Shown one piece after another: positions 26,165 to 35,150 of a stretch of 38,427 bases of DNA. The DNA comes from Candidatus Zixiibacteriota bacterium (GTDB lineage Bacteria > Zixibacteria > MSB-5A5 > GN15 > FEB-12). The position numbers and the translations under genes were made by a program. Where the stretch lies: NCBI GenBank assembly GCA_003641405.1, contig QNAF01000001.1:1-38427 (forward strand), read 5' to 3'. Numbering within the stretch: the stretch's first letter is position 1; each line of letters starts with the position of its first letter. The notes beneath the pieces are model-generated. The model had not been told where the DNA came from. It saw only the letters and a program-made list of their open reading frames with translations, and made no database searches.

Positions 26165-26420
26165 CCAGCTTGTATCGGAGCCTGTTGATAAGCCCTGTAC
26201 TGTGCGCGGCAGACCTTCCCGTCTGCCGATATCCTGATGCCAGGCGGCGCACGAGGACGTACACCGCCCACCGTCAATCAGTTTTTCAACAACCCCATAG
26301 CTATGAGGCACCAAGCAGCCATTTCTGGAAAATACAGATTCATCAACAAGCCCCTTGCTGTGGGCGACCAAGTAGTCATTCGTGTTAAATCCCACTTCTT
26401 GAAAAGCCCCTGAGAGATGC

Positions 26421-26495
26421 AAAAAAAAGAGGGCGCTACTCTGGTTGGGTAGAGGGGGCTAAGAAACTACCCAGGGACAGCAGAGAGTCACCCTC
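26421..26495 (-). terminator. long imperfect hairpin followed by T8 on the minus strand (intrinsic-terminator-like)
   Basis: The minus strand reads GAGGGTG-ACTCT..TGGGTAG-(14-nt loop)-CTACCCA..AGAGT-AG-CGCCCTC, then TTTTTTTT. That gives about 19 bp in three helical segments. No annotated gene ends immediately upstream. Confidence 0.5.
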
Positions 26496-26712
26496 GAAAA
26501 GTCTTTTTCCACCTTGTACGAACATTTAAGATACTTCCGATCCTGACAGCCTGTCAAGCCCTTTTTGGGCAATGTGTCAATTTGATAATGCCAGGATTTG
26601 TGTGCGTAAAATGGTGCATCCACGATGTTTATGCAGCCTTACTATGTAAGTAGTTGATGGTATTAGTCTCTCTGTTGGGCTGTTGGCGTCTGGTGTTGAA
26701 GTGAAAATGGCA

Positions 26713-26994
26713 TCACATAGATGACGCGATCACCGCTTCTGGTGCCTTGGAAACAACCCATATAACCTTCAGCCGCTGCGGAACTCCCAGACAGCAACGT
26801 CCAATGACCTTGATAGTACGAATCACCTTGCGGATGCTCTCTGGGAATTCAAAGATCGGTGTCAGCCAGTCAGAATCTTCTTCCAGACGTTGCTGGCTTT
26901 GGAGATCATGCTCTGCCCTGTCTCTTCCAGCAAAAACAAAGGATGCACCTTCTGCCTTTGATACACTTCTAAATGCACTGCCCGAATACGCAAT
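26713..26994 (-). pseudogene. C-terminal remnant of an IS256-family (Mutator-like) transposase
   Basis: The minus-strand frame is open for 93 codons with no start codon. It translates to ..EDSDWLTPIFEFPESIRKVIRTIKVIGR..RLKV.., which resembles the conserved IS256 block (W..L..FF.FP..IR+.IYTTN.IE..N..LRK). The catalytic upstream portion is missing, and the next gene starts at 27143. Confidence 0.45.
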
Positions 26995-27008
26995 CTACGC
27001 GGGAGTTC

Positions 27009-27036
27009 TTGACAATTCGAAGAAACCTTGTATTAT
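27009..27036 (+). promoter_or_regulatory. candidate promoter of the 685-aa lipoprotein gene (TTGACA-N16-TATTAT)
   Basis: -35 at 27009-27014 and -10 at 27031-27036, about 105 nt upstream of the ATG at 27143. It lies just upstream of, and possibly within, the IS scar. Confidence 0.45.
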
Positions 27037-27142
27037 TGGAATGTTCAAAGTGATGAATTGCATTTGTGAAACCTCCACCTGAGAAATCCCGACTTGTTAT
27101 AGGTCCACAAATCGATAATTCATCTGACCACGAGAAGGTGCC

Positions 27143-29200
27143 ATGAAATTACGTCTCGCTTTTCTCTTGATCCTGGCCCTGGGGCTGTGTTCGACATGTT
27201 CTGACAATTCAACCAATCCCGTCAAGGATGACCCGCTGCCTGACAGTTCCGCCTTTCTTATCCATTGCGCGGGCGACACCGCGGCCGCCGTAAGCCAGTA
27301 CATCAGTGCCACCAACGGCGGAATTATCGAAGTCACTACCGCTGACAGTCTCCGGTTCACACTGTCGATCCCCGAACATTCCCTGGAGTCCTCCGCCACG
27401 CTGACTCTGACGCCGCTTAGCTCGTTTGAAGTCACCGGACCGGTCGTAACGGCCTGTGTTAATGCCGACAGCGGCACCGGCTTCTGTTATCCGGGCATCA
27501 TTTGTGAACCGGCTGGTTTGGAGTTTGATCCTGCAGCAGTACTGGCAGTGGAGTTTCCGGACAACCAGCCGTTCCTTTTCGACAGTGGCATTACAATAGC
27601 GTTCTTTGACACCGTGATCGCAACATTTTATGCCTGTTCCACTATCGTGAATCAGACCGACCGGAGCCTAAGCTGCATTGTCAGCCATTTTAGCGGATAT
27701 ACCACCGCCAATATTCCGCCGCAGGAGGACGAGTGCGCAGCCTTGGAAGCCGCCTATCAGCCAGTCTACGACAACGCCCGGGCGACTGCCGGTGCGGAGC
27801 AGTTCTACCACTACGCGCTACGCCTTGTCGAGATACGCCGTGGTAATTATCGCAGCGATCCCTACGATTTCGGCCAGTCCTGGATACCCTGCCCGTCGTT
27901 TAACACCCAAGTGGACTTTGATCTATCGGAACTGATAAACCTGCACTGGTCCCGCCTTCAAAGCTACTGGGACGAGGTTTCAGCCGACCAAATCTCTTTC
28001 AGCGACATGATCGATCACCACCATCGCATGCAGGGCCTGGCGAACCAGGTTCTCGGGACCGACGCTCAGTCCGCCGCCGATCAAGCCGTGCGAGCGATAC
28101 ATCTGTATATCAGCAACAAGGCTCGCGCCCTAGGGACAATCGGTTACAACCTGTGCCAGAATGACAACTGCGACGGCCGAGATTATCTGATGTACGTTCT
28201 CCAACTCGGGGACCAGGGCTATGTGGTGACTTCCGAACTTGTCAGAGACGATGCTTACCTTCAGCAGGTCCAGCAGTGGTATGACGACTGCTGTGAAACC
28301 GACCTGGTCGTTTCGATAGCCGTATCAGGAAGCAGCATGATTGAACGCGTGGCCCTTGATCGGGACGATGTCTATGCCAATCCGTATAACTACATCTGCA
28401 GCCTCACGGTTGATGTCAAGGGTGCCTCTGGAACGCCAAAACCGGGGAAATCGGTCAAATTGTTTGCAGAGGGACAGCACTATAGCATCTCTGCGGGATC
28501 ATCGAACGATGACGGCAAGGTCGGGTTCACTATCAACCCGCGCCGCATCGACTGGTATTGTCAGGAGACCGAGACCTGGGAGTTATACGCCGAGGCTTAT
28601 GAGATCGAGACGGAGACCTGGGTCCGATCGGACCAGACGGTGCCGGTAACGTTTGTCAACCTCCTCGTGACGACAGAAATTGCCTATCAATACGAGTATG
28701 CCTCGACTGGCGGCGAAAGCTTTCTGAATGTTCACGCCTCGCTTTCTGGCAACGGGACTGCCCCCGGCAATGAGGTCGGTATCTGTTCCCGTGCCTGCGA
28801 GGGCAAACTCACCCGAGATTACTCTTACGAAAATTGCTATATCACGGGACAGGGCCTCTATTGCAGTGATGCCAGCACAATCGGCGGCGACAGCACTTAT
28901 CCCTGCCGTGCTATGGTGGATATTAGCTCGGTGACGCTTGACAACGGACAATCGGTGGACTTTCTGTTCGGCGCCTCAATCTCACTTGGCGAATCGGTTT
29001 TCGCAGGTCTAATCTATTCGATAAGCTCTGGTACAATCGACACACTTACGTACGGACTACCCATGTCAATCTGGCCGGAGGGATCGATTTATCTTATTGC
29101 CGGCGATGCGGGGATGGATACGACTTGGACCTATCATTCACCACCGGAAGAAGATGCCGTCCAGACAGTCGATCTGCACGTCACAATATCTATACCTTAG
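27143..29200 (+). CDS. hypothetical lipoprotein (685 aa)
   Basis: Signal peptide with lipobox LALGLCS. N-terminal beta-rich region, central helical region, and C-terminal Ig/CarboxypepD_reg-like stretch (SLTVDVKGASGTPKPGKSVKLFAEG..DGKVGFTI). No catalytic motif recognised. Confidence 0.75.
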   Translation: MKLRLAFLLILALGLCSTCSDNSTNPVKDDPLPDSSAFLIHCAGDTAAAVSQYISATNGGIIEVTTADSLRFTLSIPEHSLESSATLTLTPLSSFEVTGPVVTACVNADSGTGFCYPGIICEPAGLEFDPAAVLAVEFPDNQPFLFDSGITIAFFDTVIATFYACSTIVNQTDRSLSCIVSHFSGYTTANIPPQEDECAALEAAYQPVYDNARATAGAEQFYHYALRLVEIRRGNYRSDPYDFGQSWIPCPSFNTQVDFDLSELINLHWSRLQSYWDEVSADQISFSDMIDHHHRMQGLANQVLGTDAQSAADQAVRAIHLYISNKARALGTIGYNLCQNDNCDGRDYLMYVLQLGDQGYVVTSELVRDDAYLQQVQQWYDDCCETDLVVSIAVSGSSMIERVALDRDDVYANPYNYICSLTVDVKGASGTPKPGKSVKLFAEGQHYSISAGSSNDDGKVGFTINPRRIDWYCQETETWELYAEAYEIETETWVRSDQTVPVTFVNLLVTTEIAYQYEYASTGGESFLNVHASLSGNGTAPGNEVGICSRACEGKLTRDYSYENCYITGQGLYCSDASTIGGDSTYPCRAMVDISSVTLDNGQSVDFLFGASISLGESVFAGLIYSISSGTIDTLTYGLPMSIWPEGSIYLIAGDAGMDTTWTYHSPPEEDAVQTVDLHVTISIP

Positions 29201-29251
29201 CGTTGTTCAATGGAAAGTTGACGTATCGACTATCAATCAGCATTACCGCTG

Positions 29252-31132
29252 CTATTGCTTGCGCGCTGCATTGATCATACGACGGGTGGACTCTTCGACA
29301 CGAGGCCAGTACCAGGGAACAAGCTTGATCAGCCAACGCTTGTGAATCTCTGCTGTCTCCATGTTGCGGGAGTAACTTGCAATCCGGTAAAGATCGGCAT
29401 GAGCCTCAAAGATCGTCGAATCCCGAGCCAGAATTGAACTCATCATCGGAACAGCAACCTCGAATTGCTTGAGCATAAGCATACTGAAAGCTCGCTGGTA
29501 TTCAAGGTATATGAAGTACGGCTTTGGAGAAACTGCCATCGCTGAATCATAGTAAGCGATAGCGGTAACATGATCCTGGCGACCGAACGCGTCCAAAGCC
29601 TGTTTGTAGTATTCCACATATTGAACCGGATAGACCGGGACAATCTCTCCATCAACAGGGCGAATCTTCTTAAAAGCATTGCAAATAACACCTTTGCCAC
29701 CCGAATAACGGCTCCGATAAAACCACCCCACAGTGCGATAGCAATCCATAAACTGCCGATAAAGCAGAAGAGCCCGCTCTGCAGGAGCCGACGGTTTGAT
29801 TCCGGTTGAAAAGACGATATAATCAGGAGCCTTCTGAAGAAGGTACCTCGAATTATGCTTCTGCTCCTTCCAGGTCGTCTCCATTCCCGGAATCGGCTCT
29901 TCAGAATAGCGCGCGATTGTGGAATCTGTCAGCCCCACAAGATCAATGATCTCATGTCCCAGTAACTCGTAACCGAATATGCCAATCGTAGCCAAAGCCA
30001 CTGAGAAAGGTCTCTCGTCCGCCTTCTTCATCTCGCGCGCTTTGAACGTCATTTTCTCGGTAAACGCACGCTCCATGAGATTGTAGTGATTCACGAAAGA
30101 TTTGGGTAACTGGTATGTTAGGCCAAGCATCCCCAGTCCAACCAGGAACAGGATCAGGCGCCGATTGGCCTGCACCATCTCTTTAATCAGCACCCAGACG
30201 GATAGCAGCATCAGAATCGATGCCGGCCCAAAGAGCGGCAGGAAGAAGCGATGTATCTTCAGCACATCACCGCCTATCAGAACGATGTACAGTGTATACA
30301 ATACCGTATAGAGCCAGATGGTACGGGCCAGATTCGGTAAGCGTTTCCAGAATATCAGTGGCAGCACGTAACCAACTCCGTAGAAGCCGTAGTGGCTGAA
30401 GAAACGACCGGCATACTCAAGACCGCTATAAAGCTGGTCCAAATTGAAACTGGTCTTGGCGTAGAACGGGTTGGGAAGAATCGAACCGTAATAGACAAGC
30501 TTGAAGATCACGAAGGGCGTGGAGAGTACTAATGCCAAAGCAGCGCACGAGAGCGTAAATCTCGGGACGCGTTTCTCCTCAACTGCTTCAAGGATAATCA
30601 AGAGTCCGGTGACCACGGCACCCTCTGGACGCATCCAGACCGCCAGCAGCAACACGAACACCAGCAACCAATTCCTCTTCAAGTAAAGATAGAGCGAGAG
30701 CATGGCAAGAAAGGCGAATGCGGCTGTTTCCAGGCCAGCCGGCGACCAGTAAGCTAACGATTGATTGACACCAACCAACAAAGTCGCTGCCACTGCGAAC
30801 CAGTAGTCCCGTCGCCCGAACAACATAGTGGCAATTAGATAAGTCACAACGATAACGCCGCCGCCCAGCAGGAATCCAGTGATCCGGGAAACAAGGATGA
30901 AATCGATCCCGAGAACACCCGCTAAGAGCATATATACGGTCCAGCCGAAATTGGTGAATCCCTCAACGTGTTCTCCGATGTTGTAGACCAATCCATGACC
31001 ATTGAGGTAGTTTGCCACGTAGCGATAAGAGATGTAAGCATCGTCTTGTATGAAACTGAGACTGCGTGCCAGCAACGCATACGGAATCAGCGCCAGAGCA
31101 AGAGGCCAATGGCCTTTTAGTAAGCGTTTCAA
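29252..31132 (-). CDS. multi-pass membrane protein, GT-C-fold glycosyltransferase-like, with soluble helical C-terminal tail
   Basis: 626 aa. The TTG start overlaps the glgA TGA (cTTGAaa). There are at least ten hydrophobic helices in the first ~390 aa. DDAYISYRY sits directly after helix 1 (an acidic first-loop motif, as in ArnT/PMT-type GT-C enzymes), followed by EGFTNFGW and GGDVLKIHRFFLP. The C-terminal ~230 aa are soluble and TPR-like. Confidence 0.7.
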   Translation of the reverse strand: MKRLLKGHWPLALALIPYALLARSLSFIQDDAYISYRYVANYLNGHGLVYNIGEHVEGFTNFGWTVYMLLAGVLGIDFILVSRITGFLLGGGVIVVTYLIATMLFGRRDYWFAVAATLLVGVNQSLAYWSPAGLETAAFAFLAMLSLYLYLKRNWLLVFVLLLAVWMRPEGAVVTGLLIILEAVEEKRVPRFTLSCAALALVLSTPFVIFKLVYYGSILPNPFYAKTSFNLDQLYSGLEYAGRFFSHYGFYGVGYVLPLIFWKRLPNLARTIWLYTVLYTLYIVLIGGDVLKIHRFFLPLFGPASILMLLSVWVLIKEMVQANRRLILFLVGLGMLGLTYQLPKSFVNHYNLMERAFTEKMTFKAREMKKADERPFSVALATIGIFGYELLGHEIIDLVGLTDSTIARYSEEPIPGMETTWKEQKHNSRYLLQKAPDYIVFSTGIKPSAPAERALLLYRQFMDCYRTVGWFYRSRYSGGKGVICNAFKKIRPVDGEIVPVYPVQYVEYYKQALDAFGRQDHVTAIAYYDSAMAVSPKPYFIYLEYQRAFSMLMLKQFEVAVPMMSSILARDSTIFEAHADLYRIASYSRNMETAEIHKRWLIKLVPWYWPRVEESTRRMINAARKQ

Positions 31133-32625
31133 GAGAGTAAGCTGATCGATTCCTTACTCCTGACCAATGACTGAAACAGCTCACTGTACTTGCGAGCCGA
31201 AGCGTCCCAGGAGTAATCAAGATTCATGCCCGCCTTCATCAGCCTGGTCCAGGGCTGTCGCCGACCATACAGTTCAACGACTCTTCTTAGAGTTGCAATC
31301 ATTTCGTCAGCATCGTAATCCTCGAACACAAACCCGGTCCCTTCCCCCGTCCTTTTATCATAATCGATGACGGTATCCGCCAAACCGCCCACCTTGCGAA
31401 CAACCGGCACCGTGCCATATTTCAACGCATATAGTTGATTAAGTCCGCACGGTTCGTATCTCGACGGCATCAGGAAAGCATCTGAGCCTGCCTGGATCTG
31501 ATGCGCCAGGCTGTCATTAAACTCCAGAAACACTTTGAGCTTGTCCGGATACATGGTTTCCAACTCCTGTAGTGCCTCATGATAGCGCTCCTCGCCGTTA
31601 CCAAGGATTATCATCTGAAGGTTCAATTCGAATAGTTCTTTGGCACCGTCCACCAGCAAATCCAGACCTTTCTGCTCGGTAAGTCGAGTGATCATTCCCA
31701 CGAGCGGGGCCGTATCCCTAATAGGTAATCCTGCTTTCCCCAAGAGCTCCACCCGGCTTGTCCGCTTACCGGAAAGATTCAATAGGCCGTACCTGCAAGG
31801 AATCAACTTGTCACGCGAAGGAGACCAGACGGAATAATCAACACCGTTTACGATACCATGCAAGTCATCCGCACGTGTCTGGAGAACACCCTCCAGACCA
31901 CAGCCAAACTCCTTAGTCTGAATCTCTTTGGAATACTGTTCTGAAACTGTCGTGATAGCATCCGCCATTACGATACCGGCTTTAAGAAAGTTCACACTCC
32001 CGTAAAACTCCAACTCACCTGTCTCCGAATAGAACATCTCTTCCGGAAGGTCCAGGCCGGGGAATTGTTCGGCTTCAAAAAGCCCTTGAAACGCCAGATT
32101 GTGGATTGTCAGTATAGTTCGTGTGTGGGCAAAGAACTCATCATCAGCATATATCGATTTCAGATAGACCGGTATTAGAGCGGCTTGCCAGTCATGCACA
32201 TGAATCACATCCGGTTGCCAGCGAAGCTCTTTGACAATCTCGATGACGGCGCGACAGAAGAATGCGAAGCGCAAGTAGTTGTCCGTGAAATCCTTTCCGG
32301 TTGCCGGGTCCTGGTACAGATCAGGCCGATCAAAAAGCTCCGGATTGGCTACAAAAACCAGTTCTGCACCGGACATTCCGTCGTTAACATGCTCTGTGCT
32401 CACCTCGTAGACCTGATCTTCGAGCGAAACCTCCGCGCGAATATCCTGCCTCTTAATGCCATGGTGGGTACCGTCGATGATCCCATACCTGGGAATGAAG
32501 ACTTTGACGTCGTGGCCTTCCCTGGCAAGAGCGGCCGGCAGTGCCGACATAACATCTCCCAATCCACCAGTGCGCACAAAGGGTCCGGCTTCGGGAGCTG
32601 CCATGAGAATTTTCAGTTTGCCCAT
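31129..32625 (-). CDS. glgA: glycogen/starch synthase (GT5, NDP-glucose type)
   Basis: 498 aa. The N-terminal ILMAAPEAGPFVRTGGLGDV is a KTGGL-box variant with Arg. Also has HVHDWQAAL, IVNGVDYSVWSP, LMPSRYEPCGLNQLYALKYGTVPVV and GGLADTV. Confidence 0.92.
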   Translation of the reverse strand: MGKLKILMAAPEAGPFVRTGGLGDVMSALPAALAREGHDVKVFIPRYGIIDGTHHGIKRQDIRAEVSLEDQVYEVSTEHVNDGMSGAELVFVANPELFDRPDLYQDPATGKDFTDNYLRFAFFCRAVIEIVKELRWQPDVIHVHDWQAALIPVYLKSIYADDEFFAHTRTILTIHNLAFQGLFEAEQFPGLDLPEEMFYSETGELEFYGSVNFLKAGIVMADAITTVSEQYSKEIQTKEFGCGLEGVLQTRADDLHGIVNGVDYSVWSPSRDKLIPCRYGLLNLSGKRTSRVELLGKAGLPIRDTAPLVGMITRLTEQKGLDLLVDGAKELFELNLQMIILGNGEERYHEALQELETMYPDKLKVFLEFNDSLAHQIQAGSDAFLMPSRYEPCGLNQLYALKYGTVPVVRKVGGLADTVIDYDKRTGEGTGFVFEDYDADEMIATLRRVVELYGRRQPWTRLMKAGMNLDYSWDASARKYSELFQSLVRSKESISLLS

Positions 32626-32631
32626 ACTACC

Positions 32632-33669
32632 CTACGTACCAACCTGCGGTGTATCCGCTGATCCCTGAACCTCGTCATCCAACCCTCTCAGAAAGGCTGC
32701 AGCTTCCTCTGGTGTTGTCGGGTTTATGTAGAACCCTGATCCCCATTCGAATCCCGCTACTGTTGTAAGTTTTGGAATAATCTCGATATGCCAATGATAG
32801 TATTCCTGATGCTCTATGGACAGCGGTCTGGTATTGAGCACGTAGTTGAATGGCGGGTTATTCAGTGCCAATTTCAATCTCCGCAGGGTATCCTTAAGAC
32901 AGACGGCAAGAGTCAGGTATTCTGAGTCCGACATTTCAAGGAAATTCGATTGGTGGGCTTTTGGCATTATACACGACTCAAACGGAAAACGCGATGCATA
33001 TGGGGTGAACGCTACAAACGCGTCGTGATCCTTGATAATACGCTCGCGATCAGTCAACTCCTGGCGCAGAATATCGCAGTAAACACAACGTTCCTTGAAC
33101 TCGAAATACCGTTTCGCTCCCAGCAGTTTCTCTTTGACTCGCTTGGGAACGATCGGAGTAGCGATAAGCTGGCTGTGGGAATGTTCCAGTGACGCCCCGG
33201 CGGCTTCGCCGTGATTTTTGAATATGATTATATGCTTAAATCGAATGTCTCGTTCAAGATCGGTAATTCGTTCGCGGTATGACCACAGAACGTCTCTGAC
33301 CTCAAGGTCTGTCATATCAACGAGATCGTAGTCATGCTTATTCGTCTCAATGATCACCTCGTGTGCCCCGATGCCGTTCATGCTGTCGTAGATCCCATGC
33401 GGCCGCCTGTCCAGCGAACCCTCGACCTTCAAAGCCGGGAACTTGTTGGAAATCACACGTAGACGCCATCCAGGCCTGTTAGGCTCCGAGCCCGCCTCAC
33501 GATAGGCCAGAACCTCAGGCGGGGTGGCTTCTTCGTTTCCAGGGCAGAACGGGCAACGAGAGGGCTCTTCGGTTCGCTTCACCGCCGAAAACGACGATGG
33601 TCGATTCCGACGTTCTGTGGAAATTATCACCCAGCGACCAATAACCGGGTCTTTTCTCAGTTCAGGCAT
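32632..33669 (-). CDS. galT: galactose-1-phosphate uridylyltransferase-like HIT-superfamily nucleotidyltransferase/phosphorylase
   Basis: 345 aa. Has CPFCPGNE, the active-site motif HSHSQL, and the duplicated half-barrel pattern of class I GalT. Ends 6 nt before the glgA start. Confidence 0.85.
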   Translation of the reverse strand: MPELRKDPVIGRWVIISTERRNRPSSFSAVKRTEEPSRCPFCPGNEEATPPEVLAYREAGSEPNRPGWRLRVISNKFPALKVEGSLDRRPHGIYDSMNGIGAHEVIIETNKHDYDLVDMTDLEVRDVLWSYRERITDLERDIRFKHIIIFKNHGEAAGASLEHSHSQLIATPIVPKRVKEKLLGAKRYFEFKERCVYCDILRQELTDRERIIKDHDAFVAFTPYASRFPFESCIMPKAHQSNFLEMSDSEYLTLAVCLKDTLRRLKLALNNPPFNYVLNTRPLSIEHQEYYHWHIEIIPKLTTVAGFEWGSGFYINPTTPEEAAAFLRGLDDEVQGSADTPQVGT

Positions 33670-33748
33670 GCCACCTCCATTCAGGTACTGACGAATTGTA
33701 AGTTACTTCGTCGCTCATGTCAACGCTTTCACTGAACTGAGAGTCCTG

Positions 33749-35032
33749 TCAATTCTCGAAATCAAGAGTACCTTCATCTGGATTGCTACCTTCGGACAAT
33801 TGCCGCAGGACCTCTTCTTCCTGATGAGACAGCTCGACATCTCGGCGTTTTGCTGTCCTGCTGGCAGTCTCAATCGCCTTGTCAAAAAAGTATTTCTCGT
33901 AAGGAGCCGAGCCGCCCCAGCTAAACGAGGGTATCTCCTTCTCTCCGACCAGATTACCTCCGAAAATATTGCAGCAAGCACCGATATTGATTCCTGTGGT
34001 CAATAGCGTACCGATACCGAATTTCGTATGGTCCCCGATAAACGAACCTACTTTGATACTGCCGGTATCGATTGACTGGCCATCCACCGTCACCCGGATA
34101 TTGGAGTAGTTGTTTTTGAGATCGGAGTTTGTCGTCATGGCACCGAAATTGACCCAGGAGCCGACATAACTGTGCCCTATGAAACCGGCGTGGTGTTTGT
34201 TCACATAGGACTGGAAGATACTCTCTTCCACCTCTCCCCCGACGCGACAGGTATGACCAACAGATGACGACACTATCTTGCCGGTGACAACTACTGAGTT
34301 TGGACCAATATAGCATGGTCCATGAATGGCCACCTGCGACTCAATCATCGTATTGTCACCAATGTACACAGGACCGTTGGAGGCATCAATCACAGAGCCC
34401 GGACTGGTCTGCACGTCCACCCCCAGAATGACTGAGTCTGAATTTACAACATGAAGACCTTCAACATCCGCCGCTTGCTGATTCGTCTGAACGCCCGTTG
34501 TTCTCATGTACTCGAAATCCTCAGCAATTGATCGACTGATATCCTCGACAAACTCCCAGCAGTGACTGTAGAGGGTCGCCGAGGTATCAAAATCAGGAAT
34601 CTCTTCACGATCCTTCAGCACGACAGGCACATAATCACCGGGCGTAGCCACGGAAGGAACTTGACTGGCTGAGTCAGGATGCAAGAGCACCGCTACAATC
34701 TCTCCATTGTTTTTGAACACGGTTGATAATCGTGATTCCTGCACAAGTCTGGGTAGATCTCCGAAATTGCGGATCCGACCGTTGATGAACAGCACCCGGT
34801 CGTCCTCTCCCCTTTTGATGAGATTGACGGGATAATCTCGGTGTTCCGCCGTGACAAGAGCCGCCAGACAGTTGCGTGCAGCCAGCCAGATTTCATCCGT
34901 ATCAAAAGCACGACCTACCCGCCGGAACTGTGGCAGAATTCCTGCACGCATACAGAAAACAGGCCGCAAGTGAGTTACGGGAAAGAACTGTCTATACTTG
35001 TTATCTTCGTAGACACAGATTTTAGTCATCAT
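33749..35032 (-). CDS. sugar nucleotidyltransferase-like protein with C-terminal left-handed beta-helix (GlmU-like architecture, Gly-rich loop absent)
   Basis: 427 aa. The N-terminus ICVYEDNKYRQFFPVTHLRPVFCMRAGI resembles the family usually annotated 'putative sugar nucleotidyl transferase'. The C-terminal half has hexapeptide repeats (IGDNTMI, IGPNSVV, VGHTCRVGGEV, IGHSYVG, VNFGAMT, IGDHTKFGIGT). Confidence 0.8.
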   Translation of the reverse strand: MMTKICVYEDNKYRQFFPVTHLRPVFCMRAGILPQFRRVGRAFDTDEIWLAARNCLAALVTAEHRDYPVNLIKRGEDDRVLFINGRIRNFGDLPRLVQESRLSTVFKNNGEIVAVLLHPDSASQVPSVATPGDYVPVVLKDREEIPDFDTSATLYSHCWEFVEDISRSIAEDFEYMRTTGVQTNQQAADVEGLHVVNSDSVILGVDVQTSPGSVIDASNGPVYIGDNTMIESQVAIHGPCYIGPNSVVVTGKIVSSSVGHTCRVGGEVEESIFQSYVNKHHAGFIGHSYVGSWVNFGAMTTNSDLKNNYSNIRVTVDGQSIDTGSIKVGSFIGDHTKFGIGTLLTTGINIGACCNIFGGNLVGEKEIPSFSWGGSAPYEKYFFDKAIETASRTAKRRDVELSHQEEEVLRQLSEGSNPDEGTLDFEN

Positions 35033-35150
35033 CCGGCTTCCAATTTCCTTCCGTGAGAATGCTCAGTTTCTATTATCGACCAACACCTTGATCGGGTTGA
35101 GCAAAGACTATGTGGACCGTTGAGCACAGCTGTATTGTTGATTCATGATA

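Noticed and set aside
26159-26422. 87-aa minus-strand ORF (..NDYLVAHSKGLVDESVFSRNGCLVPHSYGVVEKLIDGG..).
   Set aside because: Its only start is a TTG inside the T8 tract of the terminator-like hairpin. It has no internal Met, no RBS and no motif I recognise. It could be a C-terminal fragment of a disrupted gene, but I cannot support a call.
26747-27082. 111-aa plus-strand ORF in the IS scar.
   Set aside because: It runs antisense to the frame that carries the IS256-like FEFPESIRKVIRT block. Its own translation has no recognisable features.
33715-33981. 88-aa minus-strand ORF overlapping the 3' end of the LbH gene. A 120-aa ORF at 33954-34316 is similar.
   Set aside because: These are alternative frames of a well-supported hexapeptide-repeat CDS, and their products are featureless.
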